A program made the translations under genes and the position numbers. From NCBI RefSeq assembly GCF_016433145.1, contig NC_058135.1:246265378-246329377 (forward strand): a DNA stretch of 64,000 bases, given 5' to 3'. The notes under the pieces were generated by a model. It made no database searches. It saw only the letters and a list, made by a program, of their open reading frames with translations, and had not been told where the DNA came from. The number at the start of each line of letters is the position of its first letter. Position 1 is the first letter of the stretch. Source of the stretch: Gracilinanus agilis (taxonomy: Eukaryota). Of the stretch, positions 10,523 through 23,429 are shown piece by piece.

Positions 10523-12874
10523 TTTTAATCTGTATTGCCCTTCCCCCACCTTTTTTTAGTGTTATATCTCAAAAGAAGTTTAGGATTACCTGAGATAGAA
10601 AAGAAGACAGAATCCATTTCAAGCATGGAGTTAGTCTATTTAAAGTCAAGGAGGCAAGGTATAAAATGTGATACACATGGAATGACTATCAGATCAGTTT
10701 GAATGGAATAGAGAATTCGTGAATGGACATAATATGAAATAAGAGTGAGAAGGTAAGTGGGACCTAGATTGCCAAGACTCAAATCAGGTTTAATGTTTTG
10801 TATGTTACCTTACTGGCAATTGAGGACCAGTGAAGACTTCTGAGTAGGTGATAATATGAATAGGTTTCTGTTTTAATCATAGTAATTCTCAATATTGGTC
10901 CTGGAACTCCACATACTCAAATGGATAGATACTAAAAGAAAAGTGTTCAGGTTCTCTCACCAATAAACCAGATCTCTTCCTAGCCTCAAAGAATACTATA
11001 TTGACTAATATTCCAAACTTTCTCAGGAAGTGAAACCCAACAATTAGTATTTTACTATATTCTGCATTTTTCAAGTTGTAAAAGCCTAGAAGCTTTTGCA
11101 AGTTTAATCCTATCCAAGTTCCATTATTCTTTTGATTTTATCCAACAAAATCAATTATGTAATAATGCTTTGTGATTATTGGTTTTATAAACCTAATTTT
11201 AACCCATTTTATTCAATTCAGTGCTTTTCCAAATTAGATACCAGAGTAAATGAATTAAAATTTGCCGTCTTTCCCTCAGCAAACTCTCAATTAAAATGAT
11301 GAAGAATAGTGTGAAATATAGATAAGAATCTAGATGAAATTAATAAATAACAAGGTTAACTAAAAGGATGATCTCACAATAATTACTCTCCTGCAAATGA
11401 AGAAAATATCTGCATGTACACTGTCTATTTTCTAAGTGATAATTTGCAGAGACAATGCCAACCTGCTTTGGTAGATGGAATCTCCTCATTTAGGAACTGC
11501 CAGCAATATTACAATCATAGACTTAGTCCCCGTGAGAGACGAAATTCATTAAGATGGTGGGCTCAGGTCAATGAATCACTAAGAAAGAGTCAGGAAGCCT
11601 TTTGATCAAAACAAGTTAAGTTTCACATTCCTAGCTTGAGCCCCATTTCCTGGAAACCACAGTATGACAAAGGATAAACTGATGGGCTGTCCCCACAAAT
11701 GGTTATAAGATACGCTAATAGAAATGATACTGCTTTCATTTTTGATTGGTTAAAACTCATATGAATAATTAAGGTAACGAGGCATTAAATTGAATCTTCC
11801 AATCAGCTACCTCTTGGGACTAGATTGTAACTTTCTAGTAACCATCCAATGGTAAAAGAGGGGAAGAACTGAGTTAAATTAGGGTCTAGGGTAAAAGGAG
11901 CCTCTGTCCTCCCTTAATTTGTACTTGTTTGATGGCTGTAACACTTGTAACAATGGCTCCTGAGTACCCATTCTTGCAGGGATAAAATAAAAGAGTCTTT
12001 GCCACATTAACTCCAAGTTCAAGATTCTTCTGAGTAGGTGGTCAGTTCTTTTCTGACCTAACTGACATATATGTACTATGACAAATGCATTAGACTTGAA
12101 ATTAGAAGTTGTTTTCAAATTCCAGTTCTGCTCCTTAGTAGCCATTCGACCTTGTACAAGTTACATGTTTTCTCTTAGCCTCAAAAGCCTCTTCAGTTAA
12201 ATGGGGATAATAATAATAATGCTTACACTGAATACCTTATAGAGCAGTTGTGATCTGCAATCACCAAATGAGATTATGAATCTAAAGTCTTTGTAACCAA
12301 AATAGAAGCTACTTAGGAGAAAGAATACATTTTTCATCTTTGGATGCCCAGGTTCTAGCGTGGCACCTGGTAAATATTGATAGATAGAGAGTTACTTCAG
12401 TGTGAGCTACTGTCATCATTTCTACTGCTTTTATCCATTCATTTATTTTTTTATTTACTTTTAATCCATATGCACTGAAATATTCAGCTGCCTTTTTCTG
12501 GGTGAAAATGATAGTAGGTGTTCAAAAACTGTGCCAGCAAAACACCATCCATGGCAAATCATTTTTTACATTTCTTTTCATTTGCAAAATGAGGATGTTT
12601 GGAAATGCATTCGATATATATATATGGAGAATGACCAAAGAGACATACTAGTCCTAGGTAATGCAGACAAGGAAGCTTTATTGATGCCTTAGTTGTTATT
12701 ATGCTGTGGTTTACAATGAACCAAGCTGATCAGGAGAACTCAATACTCATATTTATTTGGTCCCTTATTGCGGTCACTATGTGGTTAACCAGGATATGAT
12801 TCATGATCAGATGTTAACTTTTGCCATAATATGAAATAATATTGGAAAGAGAAGTGGAACCTAGATTGTGAAGT

Positions 12875-13080
12875 GCTAAGTGAGCCTAGAACCAAGAAGA
12901 CCTGAGTCAAAAGGTGTCTTAGATACTTACTGGTTATGTGACCCTGAACAAGTCATTTAATATCTGTTTACTCTAGTTTCCTCATTTGTAAAATGATCTG
13001 GAAAAGGGAGTATCTTTGCCAAGAAGACCCCACAGGGTGTCACGAATTTTGACATGAATGAAATGACTAAACAACAAATG
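12875..13080 (+). mobile_element. MAR1-type CORE-SINE
   Basis: CORE (GTGACCCTGAACAAGTCATTTAA...GTTTCCTCATTTGTAAAATG) plus RTE-derived tail (GTATCTTTGCCAAGAAGACCCC). Confidence 0.75.
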
Positions 13081-13324
13081 GTAATAATAGTACCTACTTC
13101 ACAGGGTTGTTAGGATCAAAGGAGGTTATATTTGTAAGATATTTTCCAAACCTTAAAGAATATATATGTGTTTATTATTATTATTATCAAACAAGTTTAA
13201 CCAGGTATTAAAATTAATCATATAAGCCTCCAAATCCATTTTTCTACTCAGTTATTTTTAAATAAGTCTGTAGATTTTAGTGAATCACTATATAATGGGG
13301 ACAATGAAGTAACATGGTATAGTG

Positions 13325-13549
13325 CAGTGTTGGTGGAGGCTTGGCATGCGTACAGAGCCAGGACTTGGGGAGCTGCTCAGTTCCCCCTCTTCCCAGCACT
13401 CAAAGACATTTTTTGCATGTCCCACCCCTCTGTCCAGCTTTCCAGAGTGAGTATTTCCTCCCTCATTTCTCTCCAATAATGCAGAGGCTCAGAGATAGCT
13501 TGAATTTGTCCTCTGGGCACTCAAACTAGGAAAAGGTTCATCAATGCTG
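13325..13549. mobile_element. hAT MITE copy A (about 225 bp)
   Basis: TIRs CAGTGTTGGTG ... CATCAATGCTG; 8-bp TSD GTATAGTG / GTAAAATG (2 mismatches); homologous to 15639-15862. Confidence 0.8.
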
Positions 13550-13879
13550 GTAAAATGAATAGAAAGCCACTCTCAAAAGTGGGACTACCTGGCTTTATAA
13601 CCTGCCTCCAACACTTAAAAGTTGTGTATTGTTTAGTAATTTATTTAACCACTCAACATCCTAAGCAACTCTCTAAGACAACAGGTTGCAGAACAATTTC
13701 CCCTAGTTGAGGCAGGTTCTTCCAAAAAGATGTCACTCTACCAAATAAATCGCAGCACTATTCTATAGTTCTTTTGCTACATCTAGGTCAGATTCACTTC
13801 TGTCAACATATGAAGTGACAGAGGCAAAAATGAAAACCAGTTATGATTCCCATGATCTTGAGCTTATTTGTCTAATTCT

Positions 13880-14100
13880 GTTGTTATTCAGTTATATCTG
13901 ACTCTTTTTGACCCTTTTTTGGGTTTTCTTGGCAAAGGTACCTGAGTGGTTTGCCATTTCCTTCTGCAACTCATCTGACATACAAGGAAACTGAGGCAAA
14001 CAGGGTTAAGTGACTTGCCCAGGGTGACACTACTAGTTACTGAGACTAGATTTGAACTTAGGAACATGAGTCTTCCTGATTCCCAGCCCAGTGTCTTATT
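13880..14100 (-). mobile_element. MAR1-type CORE-SINE
   Basis: GGGTTTTCTTGGCAAAGGTACCTGAGTGGTTTGCCATTTCCTTC tail plus CORE on the minus strand. Confidence 0.8.
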
Positions 14101-15152
14101 CATTCCATCCCCAACCTACCATATACTTCCCTTCAAAGACAGAATTAATCTAGATTTCATTTTGTCAGGGTTTTCTTTTACACTACACACTAGCTCTGTG
14201 TTTCAACAAGGAGAAATATGCCTTCTGGTGCAGAGTCTGGGGAGGGATGGCAGGGGGGATCTCCTTCATCTGTAAGACTTAGCAAGAATTATTTTTGAAA
14301 TTGGACTGGCCACATCCCTCTCTGTTTGGTGGGAGTGCCTGTCTATCTTGTTGATTGCTTAAATTGCTCACATTTCCCAGAAAAGCTGACATTGATTTTT
14401 ACAGAATTTGCATGGATAAAAGTGTTATTTGGAGAAGGCAAAGTGTTTGCTATTCCATTAGCCCTTGGTCATACTTTAGAGTGTTCTTGGCAGCAGGGTG
14501 TCCTGTTCAAATAAAACTGAACAATTTATTGACACCACTACTTTTTTAGGGTTAGCTTTTGTTTAAGGCATTGAAAGCCAGATTAGCAGCGACTTGATCT
14601 GTTTCCTAGGAGTGATATAGGATCTCTACGAGGAATATTTCACTACTTATTAATTCTTTGGTCAAAAACACTGACTATATGTTTGACACTTGGAACGTTC
14701 AGTGATGTATTTACAGCTTAAACATGGCAAGTTTCATGCTGAGAACATGTCATTCCCACAGCAAGCACAGTGAGTGTAATGGGAAGAATGTATGACAAGG
14801 TGTCAAAAAAAAAATCTAGGTTTAGGTTAGTCATTTGCTTACATTGGGATCTCAGGCAGATGAAGGAAGCTAGCTGAGCTTCAATTACCTCTTCTACCAA
14901 ATGAGGATAACACCCCCTACTCCATTCGCTGTTGAAAGGGTTGTTTTGAGGAACAAATGAAATATTTGCAAAGTGCTCAGCATGATGCTTGGCACATAGT
15001 AGGGGACTAATCAATGCTTATTTCCATCCTTCATATAAATGATTATTACCCATTCCTTTTTTATCTCTTCATTCCCTTTGTTTTTATCTACAATTTCCCT
15101 GATATCCTTTCCTTCATTGTGGAAGGACTTTATGTCTCAAAACATCAAAGAC

Positions 15153-15320
15153 GGGACAGCTGGGTGGCTCAATGGATTGAGAGCCAGACCCAGAGTTCTG
15201 GGTTCCAATATGATCTGTGTGACCCTGAGCAAGTCACTTAACCTCCACTACCTACCCTTTACTGCTCTTCTGTCTTGGAACTAATATGTACTATTGATCT
15301 AAAACAGAAGTTAAGTTTTT
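15153..15320 (+). mobile_element. SINE1_Mdo-type SINE
   Basis: GGGACAGCTGGGTGGCTCAATGGATTGAGAGCCAG...CCCTTTACTGCTCTTCTGTCTTGGAAC tail. Confidence 0.85.
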
Positions 15321-15638
15321 TAAATACATCATAGTTGATAATTTAAGAATTTTGTCAATGGATTTGAAATTTTGAGAATTTAAGAATTTTGTCAATGGAT
15401 TTTGAAGACTGGTTTTGGGAAATCCTTATATAAACTGAGCTGATTTTTTTTTTGGTCAATCACACAGATGGCTCTGAGATTCAGCTCTAATTTCTCTTGT
15501 TTCTGTTAAAAAGCACTAACTTTTTTCCTGCCTATGAGATTTTCAATCAATTGAAAACAGTTTTTTCTATTGTGTAGAGTACTTCTGGATCTGTCTTTCT
15601 GAAAGCTACCCTACTCCTGGACTAGGGATGATCTAACT

Positions 15639-15862
15639 CAGCGTTGGTGGAGTATTGGCACATGTGCCCAGCCGGCACTCAGGGAGCTGCTCTGCTCCCC
15701 CTCTTCCCAGTACCCAAAGACATTTTTATAAGCCCTGACCCTCTGTCCAGCCGTCCAAAGCAAGTACTTCTTCCCTTTGCTCTCTGGGGTAATGCGGGGG
15801 CCTCACAGGCAGCTTGAAGTTGCAGTTTGGATACCAAACTTGAAAAATCTTTGCCAATGCTG
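15639..15862. mobile_element. hAT MITE copy B (about 224 bp)
   Basis: TIRs CAGCGTTGGTG ... GCCAATGCTG; 8-bp TSD ATCTAACT / CTCTAAGT (2 mismatches); shares CTCTTCCCAG-AC-CAAAGACATTTT and CCCTCTGTCCAGC with copy A. Confidence 0.8.
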
Positions 15863-15958
15863 CTCTAAGTAATAGGTAGAAAAAGTAGCTTTCTACAGAA
15901 TTTAATTTCAGGGATGCCAAACAATGTCCCCAATTTAATTTAAAATATATCAGTTCTA

Positions 15959-15964
15959 CATACA

Positions 15965-16024
<60 letters not shown>
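15959..16024. repeat. (CA)n microsatellite
   Basis: Direct read. Confidence 0.97.
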
Positions 16025-16030
<6 letters not shown>

Positions 16031-16485
16031 CATCCTGTGCCTGAAATTTCCATTACTGAAGTTACCAAAAATAATGACAAATATAGCGTTTAACTCTATT
16101 TTTGTGTTACAATGAAAGAATTCTATATTAACATAGAACAAGACCCCTATTTTCACCCATGAGAGAGTGGACTCTGAGGGCACAAGACAGTGAACATTAA
16201 GATTTTAGGGAATAAGAGAAGAAGAAAGCATGCAAAGAGATTTGTAGCTCATAGAATATTGTGGTGGGATCCCTGAGAAATCACATTGTCCCAGATAGTC
16301 CAGTTTCCCATTACTCCCCAGAATCTTGGATTTTAAGGATGCTTTGACTATGAATGAAGGATAAGCCATTTGAGAAATTCAAAATTTTAGGACCACTTCT
16401 TCATCATGTTTTGACCTCTTAATTTTACAACCTTATTGCACAGTATTTACAAGCCAGGGAGTTTTGTAACTTGCCTCCAAACATG

Positions 16486-16496
<11 letters not shown>

Positions 16497-16540
<44 letters not shown>
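16497..16540. repeat. (TG)n microsatellite
   Basis: Direct read. Confidence 0.97.
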
Positions 16541-16544
<4 letters not shown>

Positions 16545-17255
16545 TTTATGTATCCATAACATCCTTCATCATCTGCTTATCCAAATCCAATCTCCCTTCC
16601 AAGTCCAAATCATTTCTTGCTCCTCCTATCTGATCAATCTGATGTTTTCTTGCCCCTCTTACCTACCCCTTTCTTCTCCCTCTTTTAGCACATTTTGTCT
16701 AGTCAACTAGATTGAATCATATATTCTTATAATATTAAAATGTTCCATATGTATCTGTCTTGCTTTCCAAATTGTACTGTAGACTCCAAGAAGGCAAGAC
16801 AAGGCCTCTTTCTTATTTTTTTTGTATTCCCAACAGCGCTAAACAAGGTACAGTTGGTTCCTATACATGTATTGAATAAATGAACAAAATGGAAACACTT
16901 AGAAGGCTGACCAAACCAATGAATCAACAAGTTTGTACACACTTGGAGGACACTAGGCAATGAGAAATTGAAAGGGCACTTCAGGTAGTTCAGGGATTAT
17001 TCAGAGAACTTTTCTTTTTGCTAACAAATTGCTTCAAACCAAATGAGTAAACATTTATTGGGGAATGGCTGGACAAATTATTGTATAAATATAGTATATT
17101 ATAACTATGGTAGAATAATGACAAAAAGTAGGAATTCAGAGGAATATGGAAAAGCTTGCATGAACTGATAAAAATAATCAGGATCAGAAAAGCCATATAA
17201 ATAATAATGACAATGTATAGGAAATGATAATTACTTTTTGAAATTATATTGGTCC

Positions 17256-18250
17256 TGGGCAGCTAGGTGGCACAGTGGATAGAGTATTGGGCCTGAAATC
17301 ATGAAGACATTGGGTTCAAATCTGGCCTCAGACACTTATTAGCTGTGTGACCTGGGAAGAGTGAATCAAATTTTCTTTGTCTATCAATCAGCAACTTTTA
17401 AATTAATCAACCCAAAAAACTTTAATACCCCTAATTAACACTAAAAGAGTTCACAAGTCACTTACTAAAGTGCACTGACCACCTCCTGGGCAGTGCTAAG
17501 CAAATTGAAAGACTACAATTGGTTCTCGTAAAGAGGAGGAAGGGACAGGAAGTGATGTGGGGAAAGGACAATAAAAAATCCTGAACTTCCTGTCCAAGGC
17601 GCTTTCCTGATGGCTTGGCTTTTGGGGGTGGCTTTGGACTTGACCTTCCCAGCTTGGACCTTGACTTTGGCTCTTGGACTACTTCTTGAAGGACTCCTCC
17701 TTTATCTTCTCCTTTGGACTTCATCTTGGGTGAGTGAATAGCTCCTCTTCCTTTCCTGCCTCCTGGAGAGATTAGTTCCAAAGAGGCTTTCCTTTCCTGG
17801 AGGAGGCTGAATTGGTGGAACCCTTGCCTTGCATAAGACACCACAGAGTCCTCTGACTGAAGGTTACTGAGCCTTTCTGGGACTGAGCCAGACACTGGAG
17901 CAACATTTAGTGTCATAGGCTGGACATTTTCTCTACCATCTTCTTACATTACTCTACTTTCACTCTTTCCGCCTCTTTGTAAATAAAAGCTACTAAAAGT
18001 CATTTTGACTTGAGCTATATTTAAAATTGGTGATCACAATATTACTTTAGAATTCTCATATTTAGTCAAACCCTAAATTTAATTTCTTACAGACCTTAGG
18101 CAAGTCACTTAACCCTGTTTGCCTTAGTTTCCTCATCTATCAAATGAAGCAGAAAAGAAAATAGCAAACTATTCCAATATATTTGCCAAGAAAATCCAAA
18201 GTAAGGTCAAGAAGAGTTGGAGATGACATAAATAATTGAAGAACAATAGT
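17256..18250 (+). mobile_element. MAR1-type SINE split by the LTR
   Basis: 5' half ends ...AGCTGTGTGACC (17352); 3' half resumes TTAGGCAAGTCACTTAACCC (18096) and ends in the RTE-type tail. Confidence 0.85.
17353..18091 (+). mobile_element. Solo ERV LTR (739 bp), probably ERV1 class
   Basis: TG...CA termini; exact 4-bp TSD GACC (17349-17352 / 18092-18095); TATA-like AATAAAAA at about 17570; polyA signal AATAAA at about 17982. Confidence 0.88.
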
Positions 18251-20782
18251 CTTGGAACATAGGTAATAAAACATAACTCCCTCCTCTCAACATAAAGGAG
18301 GACAACCAGTACAAAATATCTCATACATTGTCAGACAGCAACTATTAGGTATTTTTGTTCATTTTAACTATTTTTCTTTGCTACAAAGGAGGATTCATTT
18401 TCAAGGAGGAGGATGGTGATATTTTTGTAAATAATTGTCCAACTTAAGATAAAAAATATTATCTACATATAGGGAAAGAACTGTTGACTTGAAATGAATA
18501 TCAAAGCATACTTTTTTAGTTTATTGATGGTTTTATTTTGGGGTTTTGGTTTGTATATGAGCATTCTCTCACAACAACAACCAATATGGAAATCTTTTTT
18601 GTATGATCATACATGTATAACTTAGATCAAATTGTTCACCATCTTCAAGAGATGGGAGGGAGGGAATTTGGATCTTATAATTTCAGAAAAGGTACACTGA
18701 AAATTGTTACACTGTAATTGGGGAAAATACAATATTAAAAGAAAAGAAAAGACTGTCCAAAAGACAAGAAGTATGAGAGAATATAAGATAGTTATCTCAT
18801 CTCCATCATAGTTTATTTCCCAAGATCAGGAAAGCTATTATCGAGCTGATCAGAGTTCTTTGGATTCAATAACACAAAACTAGGAAGCTGAGACATCTTC
18901 AAGAACCTCAGCCAACTACATTAGTCCAATTGTACAAATTCACATTACATGAAGAAATAATGCTGAGCCATCCTTGTGTCATGTGGTAAAGAGAGGTTTC
19001 AAAATGTATATGCAGCTAAATGAGTTTTAGTAAGTATCTTAGCATCATACCTGTCCATATTCATCATCCTATTACTCCAGAATACAAAGCACAAGAATTC
19101 TAATGTGAACATGCTTATTGGAAAAGAGAAGAAACACATAAAAATATTTGTGAAAAATGTATTTTCCAAATACAGTAAGCCTTCTTTAATATTAACTCAA
19201 AAAGGGTTGCACTATAAACAGGGACAAGTGCTTAACTAGGGCAGCGAGAAAGTGTCTTGGTAATTTGTTGATTTAACTAGCTTCTGCAACATTAAGTTGG
19301 ATATGAATGCAGCTAAGGGAAATCAGCCAGGGGAGGCTATGCAAGAACTATTAATAGCTTTAAATACTGGCTTAGTGGCTAGAAAATAATTATTTTTTGA
19401 GTCTGTTGGTTCACAGATCATTGGTTTTATGGCTTAGTAGCTTATCTGCCTTTGAGCTAGAATGACTTTATATTTTTAATTGTCCATAATATATTTTATG
19501 TGAAAATTATCTCTGATCAAAATGACTCTGCTAGTGATCATATATATTCCTACTGAGGGTTCAGGGAAAAAGAAAGAACTGATATAGGTATATAGTAACG
19601 TTAAGTATCACAGATTATCTGCTTAGCTAAAGCTGTAGTGGAGTCAGGTCTTTTATGCATGTGTGTGTGTGTGTTTGTATTGAAAGAAAAATAGCCACTT
19701 TTTAAGTCAAGTTTTAAAAAGATACTCAATCTCAGGGTTTCTTCCTCTGATCCCTTCACACTTAAATGGGTTTCTTAAGCAGTGCCACAGAACATCTGGC
19801 TTTCTCAAGATAGGAGATAATCTGTTTCCCTTTAATTGAGTCTCTAAACTTCCCAAGAAGAGTCAATGGCATGTTAAGCATTCTTGTACCCAAGCAGTAG
19901 GATCTGCATGTTGGGTCAATTGCACTTAGTTGCTTAACCAGATTAAAGTTCTTTAAAATTGATAGGGGTTCATTCTATTCTGGCAGCTTCCTTTGATATT
20001 AAGCATTCCATTTCCTTAAATTTGTTCCATAGCCATCCAGAGTCTTATATGAATCTGTCCCATTTTTCTTTAAGCTCTAACTTGACTTCTGACCACACAA
20101 AAGAATTGTTCCAAATACTGGCAGTTGTAAAAATGTCATTTAGCTCCTCCTATGCAGTGGTAATCTTCTTCACATTAGCCTTGTCATAGCCCTTCCCTAG
20201 CATAGGGTGGTTTTGTTTCTCCCTCCCCTACCTACCAACCACCTTATGCATAATACTTTGTTATACTGATGTAACATTGAAAAAGCATGATAGACAAGGC
20301 TCTCTGGGGAAATGTATAAGTTCATCCATTACGGCAAGGATTAACAGGCTTTCTGTTCTCATGTGCAGTATATGAAACATGTTAGAGAAAATGAAATTCA
20401 AAGCTGCTTTTACTTTGTGCCTCTTAGGAAAGGAAAGAAATAGTCCAATGCTTGGAAAAATCTGCAATTTCATAGAAGTATGTATTTCTCCCACTGGGGT
20501 AGATATAAATCGTTCTCTAGCAAAGAGAGCTAATAGGATACCCCATAACCTTCCCCTCCAAAATAAGAAAATTTTAAAAAATTCCATGACACAGTTGGCA
20601 GGGGCTTAAACAGAAGGCAGTAGAAGGGAAATACCCAAATACCCCTCAGGGTACCTTAGAATCTTATCAGTGCAGATATAGCTGGGCTTTTTTCTGGGAG
20701 AATGAACCAGAGCACATTGAGTTTGTGCTAAACCTCCTAAAAATGAGACTTTCTAAAACAGCTAGATTAATCCTTGAGTTTG

Positions 20783-20817
<35 letters not shown>

Positions 20818-21559
20818 TATAGTAATCATATACAAACCCAAAGGATTGCTAGATTCATAGAACTTGCTTAAACGTGATTCCTTTGATACAGCCTTTAAAT
20901 TTTTGTGGGATCATATTCACATCCTAAATTTCCATACCTACCTTGTATTCAATATATGTATATATAATATATAATACTATTAGAAGATACAGGTATTATA
21001 AACATGTATATAGAAAGAGGGTATACTTGTGTATCCATTTTTCCCCATGTTATAATTTGAGCTTCTTGAAGGCAAGAACCATTTTTATTTTTTCTTTGTA
21101 TCTTATCATAGCACATAATAAATGTTTAATAAATACACATTGATGGGCTGATTTCTATATAAGTCTGACAGATATCGAACTTCACTTGATCCTTACAATA
21201 ATCTTTTGTGAGATACAGAGTGCTAGTCTCTTTGTCCCCACTTTACAGAGGAAAAAACTGAGACCCTGAGTAATGAAGTGACCTAGCCAAACTCATTAAT
21301 TATTAAGGGACAGAGACAGAATTCATTCCAAAGTCTTTTCACTTTCCAAGATGATTGCAGCAAAGCAAAAACACATGTTAATCCGAGATTTGTGTATATG
21401 TCTCCTGTCCAACAACCAGTCTAGTGAGTTTTAAAGAGGTTCATCTCCAAGAGATTGTCTATTAGCTGTTTTAAAAAAAAATGTAATTTAAAAAATTAGG
21501 GGGCAGCTGGGTAGCTCAGTGGAGTGAGAGCCAGGCCTACAAAAGTCCATCAAAGGTCC

Positions 21560-22150
21560 CGTGTCTGTGTCAAGGACAGAGATTTTTGCTGTAATGAAAC
21601 AATCATTTTCTTGGAGTGTTTAAATGTTGAGTCCATGCAGTTATATGTCAGCTCAGAATGAAAAAAAAGTATGATTAGTCATCAGCCATGTGGGGATAAC
21701 AGAATCATGCTGCATTAGTTTGAGTCTACTCTTGGCATCATCCACATATGTCTTTAGTATAGTCATCCTTTGGGTTTTTCCACTCATGGATCTAGGGAAC
21801 ACTCTGAAACATTAGAACTGACCTCAGCAAAGACTTAAATGTGAAGACTGGAAATTTGTAGCTCCTTCCAGATTGAAATATGATCCGCTCTGGAGACTGC
21901 TATTTATTTAAAGGTCAAAGAGGGTCCCACTGTACCTAGTGATGGATAATAGCAATCTATTCCTATAGCATAGAACACTTATAACACTTATAATGTGGGT
22001 TAAACTTAAAACTCCAGTAGCTGTATGATAACAAAGTTCAACTTCAAAGCTGGAGAATTCTAACTATGGAACAGACCAGTGTCATCTCCTATAAATGAAT
22101 CAGGGTTTGAGCGAGGGTCTTTGAATGTGGGTCGAGTATGAGGTCATCTA
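21560..22150 (-). mobile_element. Very old CR1/L2-clade reverse transcriptase remnant
   Basis: Minus strand translates MTILKTYVDDAKSRLKLMQHDSVIPTWLMTN (YADD-like motif at 21737-21748 followed by an LQxD..W..N-like pattern). Confidence 0.45.
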
Positions 22151-22511
22151 TGTGATGTAATATAAATGGCATTCCAAACAGATATTACATGCTACTGTGT
22201 TCCAGAAACTCAAAATCACTGGCTAGGCAAAGACAAAGGTTCAAAAGAGCTGCCTGCCTTCAAGAAGTTTTCATTTTAATAGAGAAGACAGTGAATGTGT
22301 ATAGGTATAGCTTCTGCAAACTCCCACAGATGCTTAGTAAGTAGAATATCTTACACACATTCATATGGATATATATTCACATACAGACAAGCAAAATAAA
22401 TACTAAATAAATAATCAGGTTATTTGGGGAAAGAGGGCAGTAGCAACTGGAAATCAGAAAAGTTTTCCTTATATAAAGTTATGTTATATCTATATCTATG
22501 TATCTATCTAC

Positions 22512-22571
<60 letters not shown>
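22512..22571. repeat. (GATA)n tetranucleotide microsatellite
   Basis: About 15 perfect units. Confidence 0.98.
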
Positions 22572-23429
22572 TATATCTGGAAGGAAATTCAGGGATTCCA
22601 ACATTTATGGGAAACAAATGTTAACAGCCACAATAATTGAGATTTCTTTAATTCCTTGACGTTTGTAAAGTACTTCCCCTGTATTACTTCATTTAAGACA
22701 CATAACAATGAAGCGAGATAGGCTTTCTTATCCCCAGATTAGTATTAAGGGATACAAGCTCTAAAAAGTGGATCAATTTGCTGGTCATTAAAGATATGAG
22801 GGACAGTGGCAGAATCTAAACCAGGTCATTCAACTTCTAGGTCAAGCATTCTTGCCATTATTCTGCTCTCCTTTCTGGAAGGTGACATCAAAAGTGTGTC
22901 CCTTATCTCTGGGTTACAGTGTTTAGCATCATTAATAAGATTAGGGATTTAGAATTCAAAAGATCCTTGAAGGTCATATAGTACCCCTACTTTTACAGAA
23001 GAAGAAACTGAGGCCCAGAGGATTTCAAGTGCTTTCTGTAAGACTCCACAGGTACTTAATAAGTAGAATATCTTGGATTTTAATTAGATCCTCTTTCTTC
23101 AGATGAAAAATTTCTCCCCTCTACTGCCTTTGGATATCAAAAGTTTCATAGTTTCAAAACTTTCTAAAGTATTATTAGTTATTGATTCATTATTCTATTC
23201 AGCAAATATCCACTGATCATTATTGTATGAGACAGGGAAATAAATACAGAGAAAGAGATTTGGTCTTCTTCAGATCTTCCATCAAATATCTCCTGAGATA
23301 AATTTCACTTGTTTTTGCCTCAGCTCTACTATATCTACAAGTCAAGAATATTTTCTTCAAGAAGAGAATTGGAAAGTATTGTATCATCTAAGTCCTGAAT
23401 AATATCACAAAAAGGAAACTGATTATATC

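Larger units (their letters stand above)
16990..18750 (+). mobile_element. Old L1 3' end, interrupted by a MAR1 SINE that is itself interrupted by an LTR
   Basis: TTGGGGAATGGCTGGACAAATTATTGTAT (GEWL.KL) at about 17055; L1-type 3'UTR continues after 18260 to an A-rich end at about 18740. Confidence 0.6.
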
